Virus record (IMG/VR): IMGVR_UViG_2721755486_000003
Source: a virus
Lineage: Duplodnaviria > Caudoviricetes
Direction: 5' to 3' (one strand)
Length of the DNA: 64,000 bases
A program made the translations under genes and the position numbers. Of the stretch, positions 27,591 through 37,768 are shown piece by piece. Below the pieces are notes generated by a model. It saw only the letters and a list, made by a program, of their open reading frames with translations, ran no database searches and was not told the DNA's origin. The stretch's first letter is position 1, and the number at the start of each line of letters is the position of its first letter.

Positions 27591-28229
27591 TCAGTACTTG
27601 ATGCAGGCCAGCAGGGCCACGTTACGCGGGCGCGTTTCGCCACCCGTAGTCGTGGCGGAGTCCGTGCTCGAGTTCACGATGGTGATGTTCGATCCTCCGC
27701 CCCCAAGCCCATATATGTTGTATTGAATCGCATGGTAATGAGTGCGCTCGCCCTGCGCCTGCGCGCTGCCGAACCCCCGGCTCACATCGATGCCGCGGCT
27801 GTCATCCCACCCGCGAATGAACTCGCCACGCAGCTCGGGGAGATTGAACGTAGTGCTACCGTCACCCACACCGAAGGTCGTACCGATCTCCGCAAACAGG
27901 TCGGCATAGATGTTGCGCGGAACGACCCCACCGTTGCACTTGAGGAAACCGGCCGGCACTACGTTCTTGGCGTGGAAGACGATTGCGCCCGGCTGGATCA
28001 GGCCAAAGTTCGTCGCGCCAAGCAGCCCGAGCTTGATCCATGCATTGTTCGCCGAATTGCGCATCTTGAGCACACCGGCACCGATGTCCGCCCAGAACTG
28101 GAACGGATAGGATGGGTTCGGCTCCCCAGAGCCGGCTTGATTGGTGGCGATCGCCCCCAGTGCACTGTTCAAGTCAGCGCGGAAAGCCGCGCCCGCCTGA
28201 TTATCTATCACCATGTCATGCTGGGACAT
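27591..28229 (-). CDS. Tail fibre protein with collar domain
   Basis: MSQHD..I.NQ.GA.FRADLN; GFLKCNG; FNLPELRGEFIRGWD; ETRPRNVAL. Confidence 0.88.
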   Translation of the reverse strand: MSQHDMVIDNQAGAAFRADLNSALGAIATNQAGSGEPNPSYPFQFWADIGAGVLKMRNSANNAWIKLGLLGATNFGLIQPGAIVFHAKNVVPAGFLKCNGGVVPRNIYADLFAEIGTTFGVGDGSTTFNLPELRGEFIRGWDDSRGIDVSRGFGSAQAQGERTHYHAIQYNIYGLGGGGSNITIVNSSTDSATTTGGETRPRNVALLACIKY

Positions 28230-28246
28230 GTTCGTTCCTCTCGTTG

Positions 28247-31200
28247 CTAGTAGGCGACGGCATCCCAGTCGAACTTCCTGGAAATTGGGGTGCCGACACT
28301 GTTGAAGAAGTTCACCGTAAAGCCGGCCGCGCTCTTGGCCGAGACCGTGAAGAAGTCACCCTGGGCCATGTCCTGCGCCGTGATACCGATGGCCGGCACG
28401 ATGCGGAACGGCTTCTTGAAGACCACCGCATGTGGCCCCACGCCCGCCACCACGTCGCGCGCGTACTCGCGCCGATCCGGCATGTCCACCGTCACCGACA
28501 GGCCCGTCACCAGCACGTTATGCGTGGGCGACGCACTCTGCAGCTCCACCTTCCACTGGAAGGCTCGCGCCTCATAGTCACCCATGGAGAACCGCTGCCA
28601 AGCAGACCAATCCGGCGCTCCGCCCGGGTCATCGCTTGTCGTGCGTACATACAGCGTCACCCCGGTGTCGTTGATCAGGTCACCATCAATCGACAGCCAT
28701 CCGTCGATCCGGTCGGTACGGTAATCGATCATGTCTCCGGTATCGAAAGACACGGTGTCCACCGTCGCCGTCAGCCTCGACTTTTCGACGACACCTAGGT
28801 CGAGCGCGCCTGCGAACGAATAGGTTCCGCTGGACACGATGCCGCCCAGCGAGTCGATCAGCCCCCAACCACTGCTGCCGACCACCGTATCGATCAGCCC
28901 AAGCGCATCGATAGCCGGCTGGCTATCCCACAGCCCACTAGCATCGATCATCCCCTGATCGTCTACCAAGCCGTGGCCGCTCAGCTTGATGCCATTCAGT
29001 GCCGGATCACGGATCACATTCGCCTTGCCGCCGGCGAACAGCGGCTGCTCCACCACCGTGGCCACGACATTGAGATCCAGCAGCGACGGCGCGGTGGTGG
29101 CAACCTGAACTGCGGCGAGAGACTCATTCCCGCTCGAGTCGATCCATTTGGCCAGATAGACGCCTTCCAGCAACGGAAGCTGTGCCGAATTTGCTGCGCC
29201 GGAGATATAGCCGCCAATGTCGACGGCACTACCCCATGTCGCCTGGAACATGTCCGTCGTGTGTCGAATCCTGGCCTGCCCGCCGTTGCGCACGTCCAGC
29301 TCAACGGCAGCATCCCAGGCTAGGTTTGCCATGCCATTGAGCACAGTGAGCGATAGCCCGGTCATGTTGCGTGGTGGCGCTGACTTGCCGATGATCTGGT
29401 GCGCTGCCGAGTAGGTCCAGTCCCGACTGCGAACGCCCAGCGTAGACACGTAGCGCGCCCGCATCATGTAGTAGGCGCCATCTTCGACCGGCGACAGAAA
29501 GATGCTGGTCGTCGAGGCAGCCATCGGCGGGAAAGCGGTCCAGGACGTTTCTTCCAGTCGCTTGTACTCCACCTCAATTCGGCCGCCCTGCAGCAGCGTC
29601 ACCGAGGTAGGAGCCGGCCAGGTCGCCAGCGCGCGCGAGATCACCACACCGCTCTGGCTCAGTATCAGTTGCTCTTCGCCGGACTCCATTCGGATCTGCC
29701 CCACCGATTCCACGTCGAACGGATTCGGCAGGTTCGTATCCGGCGCTGGATCGCGCGTAGTGGTGTCCCCATAGTTCCACTCGTAGACCGCGGCCGCCTC
29801 CTCATTGAGGACCAGGTCGATGCCACCGTCGTCGCTCATCTTCCAGGACATGACCCGGAAGACCTTCTCCGACCAGCCGAACTTCGCCAGCGACAGCCTG
29901 ACGGTGCTGTAGGCCATGAGGCGGAAGGCCGTCAACTTAGCGGGAAACTCGACCACGATGCCCTGACGTGAACGCTCCAGGATGATCTTCGCCAGCCGCT
30001 GCGCCATAACCACATCCGTCGTGAACGGCAGCTCAATGTCGCGCGCAATCACCTCGCCGTCCTGCTGCGCGTAAAGCGGGTTGCTGACAGGCGGGAAGTC
30101 ACTCGGCTGCCAGGCGTTCCCCGGGTTGACAAACGTCCCCTTGACCACGTTAAAGAGGTCTTTCCGGGACATCCGCGGCTGCACCTTCACCGGGCCGCGC
30201 AGATCGCTCTCGGTTAGCGTGACGGTCGGGATGTCATAGGCCCCCGCGAACAGACGAAACACGCCGCCCGAGATCACCACAGCGCCGGCGCCGGCCGTCG
30301 TCATCTCGGTCAGGTTGTCGCGCGGCGACTTGTCCAGCATCACCACCCCATTGCAGACGTACCGCCGCTGGGAGACACCACTCCCGACCGGAACTGCCTC
30401 CTCGCAGATATTGGCAGCCGTCGTCACGCTAGCCATATCGATGTCTGCATCGGCGCAACCGAATCCCCTCTCCTCCTTGAGGTAGTCGTAGACGCACAGC
30501 GCCCAGTTGTCGGTCCAGTAGGCCGCGCCTGCGCTGGGATTGCGCACCCGTTTCCCGCGCACCAGGGCTTTGACATTGGGCAGACCGTTTGGAAACAGAT
30601 CCGCGTCGTACTCGAGGCGCACGTAGATGTAGCAGACACCGCGCAAGCGATGGTCCCAAGTCCAGCCTGGCACCTCCGCAACCATATCGCCATCGGCCCC
30701 CTGATCCACGGACCCAAGGTGTTTCTTGACGCGCACGAAGCTCTTGCTACGCTGCGCCTCGAAGGTGATTGCTACCGAAGTCGCCCCCTCGGGGACCGGG
30801 CCCAGCGTGACATGCGTCGGGCCTCCGCCGACCACGGCCTGCATGGGGATGCGGGTGTCTCCGAATGCGCTGTCGCCCCCTGGCGTAATTGCCACGACCG
30901 ACGTGATCCTGCGCACCACATCGCCGACATTCACCATGACGGGGTAGAGTCCCGGCACGACCGTCCAATTGACGGTTCTGGAATCGCCCCACTCCTTTAG
31001 AAACTTTCCACCTGTCGGATAGCCGAAGCCGTCAACCTGGCCAACGGCATCGTCCCCCAAGTACACCTCCTCGATCGCATCACACTCATGGTCGGCCAGC
31101 GCGATGACCAGATGCATGAACTGGTTCGACTTGCCATTCCCATCCGTGCTCGCGGCGAAGATCAGGGGGCCAGATGTCATCGCCCGGCCGTAGATCAGGT

Positions 31201-31432
31201 TCCGGGGCTGGACGTTGGAGCGCACGATCTGTGTGCGCCCCTGGGCTTCTGTGCTGAAGCTGTTCGGCGTACGAGGCTTGAAGATCGCCCCCATCAGCGC
31301 GCTGATGCTATATGCCGCTGCCATGCTAGCCACAGCGTACGTTACGGCGTACGCAACTGCATAGGCAGCGGTACCGCTCGTGGCAATGACACCTGCCACG
31401 TACGTTGCAATAGCTGCTATCCCTTCCGCCAT
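28247..31432 (-). CDS. Central tail tip / host-specificity protein (J-like)
   Basis: 1061 aa; IYGR, N.ALC.YDYL, FN3-like region. Confidence 0.88.
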   Translation of the reverse strand: MAEGIAAIATYVAGVIATSGTAAYAVAYAVTYAVASMAAAYSISALMGAIFKPRTPNSFSTEAQGRTQIVRSNVQPRNLIYGRAMTSGPLIFAASTDGNGKSNQFMHLVIALADHECDAIEEVYLGDDAVGQVDGFGYPTGGKFLKEWGDSRTVNWTVVPGLYPVMVNVGDVVRRITSVVAITPGGDSAFGDTRIPMQAVVGGGPTHVTLGPVPEGATSVAITFEAQRSKSFVRVKKHLGSVDQGADGDMVAEVPGWTWDHRLRGVCYIYVRLEYDADLFPNGLPNVKALVRGKRVRNPSAGAAYWTDNWALCVYDYLKEERGFGCADADIDMASVTTAANICEEAVPVGSGVSQRRYVCNGVVMLDKSPRDNLTEMTTAGAGAVVISGGVFRLFAGAYDIPTVTLTESDLRGPVKVQPRMSRKDLFNVVKGTFVNPGNAWQPSDFPPVSNPLYAQQDGEVIARDIELPFTTDVVMAQRLAKIILERSRQGIVVEFPAKLTAFRLMAYSTVRLSLAKFGWSEKVFRVMSWKMSDDGGIDLVLNEEAAAVYEWNYGDTTTRDPAPDTNLPNPFDVESVGQIRMESGEEQLILSQSGVVISRALATWPAPTSVTLLQGGRIEVEYKRLEETSWTAFPPMAASTTSIFLSPVEDGAYYMMRARYVSTLGVRSRDWTYSAAHQIIGKSAPPRNMTGLSLTVLNGMANLAWDAAVELDVRNGGQARIRHTTDMFQATWGSAVDIGGYISGAANSAQLPLLEGVYLAKWIDSSGNESLAAVQVATTAPSLLDLNVVATVVEQPLFAGGKANVIRDPALNGIKLSGHGLVDDQGMIDASGLWDSQPAIDALGLIDTVVGSSGWGLIDSLGGIVSSGTYSFAGALDLGVVEKSRLTATVDTVSFDTGDMIDYRTDRIDGWLSIDGDLINDTGVTLYVRTTSDDPGGAPDWSAWQRFSMGDYEARAFQWKVELQSASPTHNVLVTGLSVTVDMPDRREYARDVVAGVGPHAVVFKKPFRIVPAIGITAQDMAQGDFFTVSAKSAAGFTVNFFNSVGTPISRKFDWDAVAY

Positions 31433-31441
31433 ATAACTCCC

Positions 31442-31843
31442 CTAAACTTTCCACGCGGCCTTCGCAGCGGAAGTCGGCGCAAAGGTGAGGCCGTTGCGAT
31501 CCTGCACAGCGATCTTGTCGCCGAGGCACAGCGCAAGCGCCTCGCCTTCGGGCGCTTCGATCAGAACGACATCCCCGCGACCAGCCAGCGCCGGGGAAAC
31601 AGCGGGACCGAGCAGCAGCGTGGCGACACCGGCCACACCGCCGTAGTCCCGCAGCAGGCGGAATGCCGCCTTGTCGGTCAAGTAGGTTCCTCGCCAGCGC
31701 GCCGCATAGTCCACGCCTGTCATCGCCTGCACGGCATCCGCCACCAGCATGCAGCAGTCCGCCTTGCCTCGCGCAAAGCCAACATCGCGGCGACTTTCGA
31801 CGAACTCCGCTAGCCGACTCGGCCAATCCTGCAAGCGTTCCAT
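31442..31843 (-). CDS. NlpC/P60-like tail protein (DUF6950-like)
   Basis: F..G..DCC, RGDV motifs; position. Confidence 0.75.
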   Translation of the reverse strand: MERLQDWPSRLAEFVESRRDVGFARGKADCCMLVADAVQAMTGVDYAARWRGTYLTDKAAFRLLRDYGGVAGVATLLLGPAVSPALAGRGDVVLIEAPEGEALALCLGDKIAVQDRNGLTFAPTSAAKAAWKV

Positions 31844-32394
31844 CAGCGCCCCCATATCAGTGACTTCTCCACCATCTGCGCCACGTACTCGAAGCCGCGA
31901 TCACCTGGGTATCGGCTCTGCTGGTCTTCGTTGTTGTAGCGCCGCGTACGCGGACGATCCCATGTCACCATGCGCGACTCCGCCGAGAGGGTGATGGTTG
32001 CCGTGTCGCCCACCTCGGTGTTCATCGTGTCCATTCGCCCCGCGAAAAGCCGGATCGGCTGTGTCGCGAGTTGCAGGTCACCGCGCAGCGGAGCGAACCA
32101 GATCTGGCAGGGCTTTCCCTGATACTGCTCGGCCAACGTGATGGCAATCACCTCGGATGGCACCCCAGACAAGGTCAGCTGCACCCCGATCGCCTCCAGA
32201 CTCGCCTGCTCCTGGATAGGCTCGATACTTCCCAGCGCACCGATCCCCATCCACGTCGCTCCGTTCCAGTCGACGTCATAGCCGGCGCTGCATACGCGCA
32301 GTGGCTGCGAAAAATCCAACTGGATGAAGAACAGGTATGGAGCATGGCCGGCCGTGACCGCACCGACCGCCGCCGCGTCGAGTGACCGCGTCAT
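31843..32394 (-). CDS. Minor tail (hub) protein
   Basis: W.G.G.LGSI, F.GRMD, YPGD.GFEYV. Confidence 0.8.
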   Translation of the reverse strand: MTRSLDAAAVGAVTAGHAPYLFFIQLDFSQPLRVCSAGYDVDWNGATWMGIGALGSIEPIQEQASLEAIGVQLTLSGVPSEVIAITLAEQYQGKPCQIWFAPLRGDLQLATQPIRLFAGRMDTMNTEVGDTATITLSAESRMVTWDRPRTRRYNNEDQQSRYPGDRGFEYVAQMVEKSLIWGR

Positions 32395-33053
32395 GTCCAC
32401 GCCTCCACCACTGCGATCACCACCGCATCCGAGATCCGCCTCGCACCTTCGCTAACCCCCACGGAGAACTCATCAGTGGAAAGCATCATGGTGGCCTTCG
32501 GGCGGTCGAGAACGAGCGCTGCGCCAATGTCCGGCGCCTTGCGAAATGCCGGCGCAACCGGGATCTGCGCGTTGCCTGCAGCGTCGCTTGTCACGTCCGC
32601 CGTAACCATCTTCAGCTCCCCGCCTACCTCGATGAACTCCCCAGCCTTGAGCACGCGCGTGCTGGCAGGCCAGTACGTGGTCGGTAGCAGCTTGTAGTTG
32701 CTCAATGCCGCGCTGACCATCGGAGATCCCTGCGCCTGGTAGGACTGATTGACGAAATCCAGCACCACCCCATAGTCGGAGGCTCCAACACCGATCGCCG
32801 AAACTGGCCGCGCGTGCGGCCACAGGCGAAAGCGCCCGGCCATGCCCCCCAACGACACCAGGAATGCTTCGAGCTGACCACGTGTGTCCGGGTCCATTCG
32901 CGGCATCTCCAGCGACGCCTTCCAGCGCGCACCAGGTCGCTCGAGCGTCTGCGTCGAGCGATTCAGCGGCGACGTGAAGGTCTCTGTGTTGGATTGAAGC
33001 CCCCATGTCACCTTGGCCGGAACCAGGCTCGCCGGCCAGTTGACGATTGCCAT
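32391..33053 (-). CDS. Distal tail protein
   Basis: FTSP....QT...PG.RW, L.G.AG.F; follows tape measure. Confidence 0.75.
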   Translation of the reverse strand: MAIVNWPASLVPAKVTWGLQSNTETFTSPLNRSTQTLERPGARWKASLEMPRMDPDTRGQLEAFLVSLGGMAGRFRLWPHARPVSAIGVGASDYGVVLDFVNQSYQAQGSPMVSAALSNYKLLPTTYWPASTRVLKAGEFIEVGGELKMVTADVTSDAAGNAQIPVAPAFRKAPDIGAALVLDRPKATMMLSTDEFSVGVSEGARRISDAVVIAVVEAWT

Positions 33054-35938
33054 TACACCCTCCCCGCAAGTTTCGCCGTCTGCCCGCCACGCCGCAGATC
33101 AGCCTGGATCTCCCGCACAGCCGCTTCCTTCGCCACATGCATCGCCTGGATGATGGAGGCCTGATCTGCCCGGCTGTCAACGTTGATGTGCTGCGTGATG
33201 TACACATCGCCACCGCCATCCCCTGAAGCCCGCGGCTCGAACGCATTGCTCAGCGTTGCTCCGGAATCTGCTGTTCCTGACCATAGGCCCGCGTCCGCTT
33301 CCCCAACAAATCCACCCGATGCGAACCGCGCCGGCCATGCGCCGCCGTTGATTGCCTCAAGAAGATTCCGATGCTGCGCGGTCGCCGCCGAATTCACGAC
33401 GAATTCGCCATTGGAAAGCATCGCCGGGATGCTATCGCTGGTACCGGTACCCGGGCCGCTGATCAAGCCGCCGCCGGCCTTGTAGAAGACGCCAGTGGCC
33501 TGCGATCCGGTGAATTCCCCAGTGACCCCTTGCACCCCGCCGTTCCATGTCTCGGCCGATCCGAACATGCCGCCGACCACATTGATGCCCATCTGCGCGA
33601 GGCCAGAGATCGCTGCTCGCGCCTGAATCCGGACCAGGTCCGCGATCACCGACTTGGCGAAATCGGAGAAGCTGAGCTTCCCGTTCATCGCGAAATTGAC
33701 TACCGCGTCCTCCAGACCTTGGAATGCGTTGGCGAAGGCCCGACTGGTCTGGTCCGCCACATTGGCGGCGTAGTCACGGTAGTTCGCCATAGCCTGCGTG
33801 GCGCCATTGGTCCAGTCCGCCTGCTTCGCCTTGAGGCTGGCGTAGTAGGCTTCGTAGTCCTTCAGCGACGCCTCCAGTTGGGCCTGAATAGCCGCCGTCT
33901 CGGCAAGGTACTGCGCCCCGCCGATTTGGCTCTCCGGCGTCGCCTTCGTCAGCTGCTCCTGTTGCCGGCGGAACTCGCGGTAGATCGCCTTCGTCGCCTC
34001 AACCTGTTGCTGCGCCTGGCTGCCCAGGCCGATGGCATCCAGCTGCCGCTGGTACTGATCCTGCTGAGACTGCCGGTAGCTGGCGATATGCTCATTGATC
34101 TGGGCCGAGCGCTCCTCCAGCTTGACCAGATCCTCCTTCACCTTGAGCGCTTTGGAGTCGGCCACGTACTGATCTAGCGCGGCCTTCACCTTGTCCTGGG
34201 CCGCAAGCAGGCTCCTCTGGTCGGCCGTCAAGACCGACTTCCCCTTGAGGTCGGCGATCAGCTGAACGAACTCGGCCTGTTTCTTCTCGGCCTCCGTCAG
34301 CTTGCTGGTGGAGGCCAGCGCGGCCTGCACCGCGGCATCCTGCTGGCGGATCTGCTCGATGAACTTCGTAGCCGCGTCGTCCTGGAATGCCTTCGGCTTG
34401 GCGGTCTTGGGATCCTTGTACTTATCGTTGATGTCGGCAACGAGCTTGCGGTAGTCGGCATCGCTGAAGGCGCCTCCGCCGGCCAGGATCGCGGCACGGT
34501 CGCGATTCAGCTTCTCCAGCTCCTTCTGCCGGCGCTGTGCATTGGACATGACCTGATCGCGCAGCTTGTCGACGCGAACTTCAGCTTCTACGGCCGCCTG
34601 CTGAACCTGTGCAGCCTTCGCCTGCGACTCCGCAGCGCGCTGCTCCATGCGCTGCTGTTCCTGCAGAAGAGCCACCTGGCGATCGATCTCGGCTACGCGC
34701 CCGGCTGCGAGGCCATAACCCTGGATGTCTTTCCGCTCACCAAGCAGCGTATCAATCCGGTCCTGCATCGTCGGCCCGGAACCAAATCCCTTCTTCAGCT
34801 CGGCCCAGAACTGCTGCAAGCCGGAGCTGAGATCCCGCCACGCGCGTTCGGCCTTCGACAGATGCTCGACAGTCGAATTGGCAACCTGCGCCGTCGCCGC
34901 ATCGATGACGGCCTGGATGGCGCCGTGCTTGTCGCCCGCCTCCTGCAGCGCCTGGATGTGCTGGTACGTCGCCACGTCCATAAAGTGCATGGACTGGTTG
35001 TGCTCGACAGCCCACTTTGCCGGGTCCTGTGCCAGCTTGGCGTAGTCCTTGCTGACTTCGGCCAGCGCTTCCCCGGAGATGCGCGACGTGCGCACGACCA
35101 AGTCGGCCAGGCTTTCCATCTGGGAGCCGGTCAGCTCGCCACCCTTGGCGAAGCCAAGCAGCGCTTCTCGAGCGCTGCCGAACGACGTCCTGGCGTCCGC
35201 TGCCACCCGCTGCGTCATCGCCTGGAATGACGATGCCGTGAGCCCCGCGTAGTTGCTCGTCAGCTGCAAGGCGGCGTTGAACTCCTTCGCCTCCTTTGTC
35301 CCGGCGTACCAGGCATAGCCCAGCGCTGCCATGCCCGCCGCGGCGATGGTCGTTGGCGTGATCAGGCTGGCGATGTAGGTGGCCGTCGCCTTGATGGCCG
35401 GCACCACCCCACCGAACATGTCCTTCAGTTGGCCGCCCTGCTGGGTCAGGATCAGCAGCGGGCTCTGCCCGCCAGCGAGCTGCGTCACCACATCGGTCAT
35501 CTGAGCCGGTACCGAACGCATGGCGGCATTCATTGCCGCCGCCGACATGCCGACACCCTCCTGCAGCTTGCGGTGCGAGTTGTTTGCCGCCTCGATCTGC
35601 GCAATGTACTTGTCGGCCGCGTCCGACACACCCAGCTCGGCCGCACGCAGGCGCATCAGCTCCTCGCGAGTCTTGCCGGCCTCGGCGGCCTGGCGCTGCA
35701 GCTGCGTCAGCCACCGCTCAGCCGTCTTGGACGACTTGTTGAACGCGGCCAGCGCTTCGTCGCCCTGCGCCTTGACCGCCTGGCGCGCCGCCTCGATCGC
35801 GGAAACCGAGTTGGTCAAGCGCTGGCGGATAGCATCTTGGCCCGTTACGAAGTCGGCGGCGCTCTTGCGTGCACGCTCCAGCGCCGAGATATAGCCATCG
35901 GCGTCCGCTGTGACGCGGACAACGGTTTCGTCATCCAT
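33053..35938 (-). CDS. Tail tape measure protein (lambda family)
   Basis: PAQMTDVVTQLAGGQSP..IL.QQGGQLKD; GPGTGTSDSIPAMLSNGEFV. Confidence 0.93.
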   Translation of the reverse strand: MDDETVVRVTADADGYISALERARKSAADFVTGQDAIRQRLTNSVSAIEAARQAVKAQGDEALAAFNKSSKTAERWLTQLQRQAAEAGKTREELMRLRAAELGVSDAADKYIAQIEAANNSHRKLQEGVGMSAAAMNAAMRSVPAQMTDVVTQLAGGQSPLLILTQQGGQLKDMFGGVVPAIKATATYIASLITPTTIAAAGMAALGYAWYAGTKEAKEFNAALQLTSNYAGLTASSFQAMTQRVAADARTSFGSAREALLGFAKGGELTGSQMESLADLVVRTSRISGEALAEVSKDYAKLAQDPAKWAVEHNQSMHFMDVATYQHIQALQEAGDKHGAIQAVIDAATAQVANSTVEHLSKAERAWRDLSSGLQQFWAELKKGFGSGPTMQDRIDTLLGERKDIQGYGLAAGRVAEIDRQVALLQEQQRMEQRAAESQAKAAQVQQAAVEAEVRVDKLRDQVMSNAQRRQKELEKLNRDRAAILAGGGAFSDADYRKLVADINDKYKDPKTAKPKAFQDDAATKFIEQIRQQDAAVQAALASTSKLTEAEKKQAEFVQLIADLKGKSVLTADQRSLLAAQDKVKAALDQYVADSKALKVKEDLVKLEERSAQINEHIASYRQSQQDQYQRQLDAIGLGSQAQQQVEATKAIYREFRRQQEQLTKATPESQIGGAQYLAETAAIQAQLEASLKDYEAYYASLKAKQADWTNGATQAMANYRDYAANVADQTSRAFANAFQGLEDAVVNFAMNGKLSFSDFAKSVIADLVRIQARAAISGLAQMGINVVGGMFGSAETWNGGVQGVTGEFTGSQATGVFYKAGGGLISGPGTGTSDSIPAMLSNGEFVVNSAATAQHRNLLEAINGGAWPARFASGGFVGEADAGLWSGTADSGATLSNAFEPRASGDGGGDVYITQHINVDSRADQASIIQAMHVAKEAAVREIQADLRRGGQTAKLAGRV

Positions 35939-36365
35939 TCACCAGCTCCCTCACTTTCTCCTGAATCACCGAGCGCGCGACCTGGGCAGCCTCTCGGCGG
36001 CGTGCCTCGTAGGCTGGGCGCAAGAACGGCCGCGCCGCCATCTTCGACGTGCCATGCTCGAGGAAGCGCCCGTAGAACGCCTCCTTGCTCCACGTGACCA
36101 GGTAGGTGGCCCGGCGACCCTCGACGGAGCGCTCCCGGTCGTAGGCAATCAGCATGTGATCGCGCAGGAAGCCCGGCGGATGCTTGCCAATCTTGCCTTC
36201 GTAGATGCCCAGGTCGACAGGCGCGCGCCGCTTCGCCTCGGCATGGATCACGCGCGCGCCGGCAACGGCGGCCTGCCGCAGTACTGATTCGCTGGCGATC
36301 GCCTCCAGCGCGCGCAGCGGCGCCTTCAAGGCCTCCGGGTTCTTGATTCGCAGTTGGCCTGCCAT
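35931..36365 (-). CDS. HK97 gp10-family tail completion protein
   Basis: FYGRFLEHGTSKMAARPFLRPA. Confidence 0.88.
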   Translation of the reverse strand: MAGQLRIKNPEALKAPLRALEAIASESVLRQAAVAGARVIHAEAKRRAPVDLGIYEGKIGKHPPGFLRDHMLIAYDRERSVEGRRATYLVTWSKEAFYGRFLEHGTSKMAARPFLRPAYEARRREAAQVARSVIQEKVRELVNG

Positions 36366-36724
36366 CACTCCCTCCGCGGGAACATCATGGTTTCGATCAG
36401 GAGCGACAGTTCCTCTTTGTCCTCAAGGTAGATCGGCTCCGGATCTGCATGCTCCCGGTGAAGGTCATTCCACGGGGCTAGATCCAACGGCGAGAACGGC
36501 TCTTGCCGCACCTTTGGGTTCCGGTGGACGTTCGCAATCATGGCGGCCACCATGCCGGCCCGGAGGTCGTCGTAGTGGCTGCCAAACGGTTCCATCCGGA
36601 AGAAGGCCATCCACTCGGTGAACTCCCTGCTGCTTACCCTCTGCTGCGCCTCGGCTACGGAGCAGCCGAGCTGGAGGGCGAGGCGGAACCAGAAGCGCCG
36701 CTCTGGGCGGCTTCGGAGTTTTTT
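36365..36724 (-). CDS. Tail assembly chaperone GT extension (-1 frameshift product)
   Basis: Slippery A AAA AAC at 36724-36718; -1 frame reads LRSRPERRFWFRLALQLGCSVAE...EFTEWMAF. Confidence 0.8.
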   Translation of the reverse strand, partial: KKLRSRPERRFWFRLALQLGCSVAEAQQRVSSREFTEWMAFFRMEPFGSHYDDLRAGMVAAMIANVHRNPKVRQEPFSPLDLAPWNDLHREHADPEPIYLEDKEELSLLIETMMFPRRE

Positions 36725-37059
36725 TCCGCTTCCTCCACCGCTTGCGGACCCAGCCCGTTCAGCTTGACAGCCGCGCTCACCACGCGGCGCAGCGCGACGT
36801 CGCTCTTGATCCGCAGCGACTCGACTGCGTCACTGGTGAAGAGCGGATCGCCGCTCGCATCAACCACAGTGGCCACAAGCAGATGGGCCGCGAACTCGCT
36901 GTGGCTCAGCGTACCGGCGCCCTGCCCAGCAACCAGCGCATCGCGCGCCAGGCCGGACATCATCGCCACACGCACCACGCCGCCCCACTCGGGCACCGGC
37001 ACGTCGACGGTCTTGATGTCCGAGGCGGACAGGATCTGTTCTTTCGTCAGATAGTTCAT
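36655..37059 (-). CDS. Tail assembly chaperone G
   Basis: V.VPEWGG.V; ends near EEAEKN slippery site. Confidence 0.85.
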   Translation of the reverse strand: MNYLTKEQILSASDIKTVDVPVPEWGGVVRVAMMSGLARDALVAGQGAGTLSHSEFAAHLLVATVVDASGDPLFTSDAVESLRIKSDVALRRVVSAAVKLNGLGPQAVEEAEKNSEAAQSGASGSASPSSSAAP

Positions 37060-37060
37060 G

Positions 37061-37702
37061 TTATGCGTCCACCACGTCCCCGGAGATCCGGAGGGTTACG
37101 CCGGTCGACTTCACCAGCGCGTTCACGCCGCCTTCCAGCGGGCTGTTCTTCACCGACGCGGTGAAGGTCTTGGTCTTGCCGTTGGGCAGAGTGAGCTTGA
37201 AGGACTTCTGCGCGCTGGTACGCTTGGCAGCATCGAGCGCGAGTTGGCCGGGGTCGGTGAAATCCTTGTTCACGTCGAACGTGAAGGTGCCCCAGTCCTG
37301 CAGGCCGAGGATGTTCTCCTTGGCGGTCGAATCGAGGTCGGTCGTGTCAATCTCGTCGGCCTGGCCGTCGAACCCCTTGAAGGACAGGAAGTTCTTGATC
37401 TTCGTCCACGTCACCGGCGTCGCCGTGCCGGCTGCGGTAATAGTCTTGCCCGTGGAGTCGATTTCCACCGCGAACGTGTTGGTGGTCTTATTCTTGACCA
37501 CGGCGGTCTGGCCGTTGAGCAGCGCCGCATCGGCGCCGGTCAGGCCGGCCAGCGTCACCACGTCGCCGTTGCTGAATCCGTGGGCCGCGATGGTCAGGAT
37601 GGTGGGAAAACCAAGGGCAATGCCTGTGATGGTCTTCGCCGCGCCGGTGGTTCCGGACACCTCGATCTTCGACCCCTGGGCACTGATTGCAGTGGATGGC
37701 AT
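37061..37702 (-). CDS. Major tail tube protein
   Basis: AISAQG, EIDTTDLDS.AKE..LGL.D.G; inserted beta domain. Confidence 0.88.
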   Translation of the reverse strand: MPSTAISAQGSKIEVSGTTGAAKTITGIALGFPTILTIAAHGFSNGDVVTLAGLTGADAALLNGQTAVVKNKTTNTFAVEIDSTGKTITAAGTATPVTWTKIKNFLSFKGFDGQADEIDTTDLDSTAKENILGLQDWGTFTFDVNKDFTDPGQLALDAAKRTSAQKSFKLTLPNGKTKTFTASVKNSPLEGGVNALVKSTGVTLRISGDVVDA

Positions 37703-37768
37703 GCGATACCTCGCAAATGAAAAAGCCCCGCGGCGCGGGGCGTTGATGAATTTCCCGAGGCAGCGTGC

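Noticed and set aside
25260-31432. Diversity-generating retroelement or invertible tail-fibre switch
   Set aside because: No reverse transcriptase, invertase, TR/VR pair or inverted fibre copy seen
36718-36724. Tail chaperone frameshift as a novelty
   Set aside because: Well-known G/GT -1 frameshift; listed as a feature only
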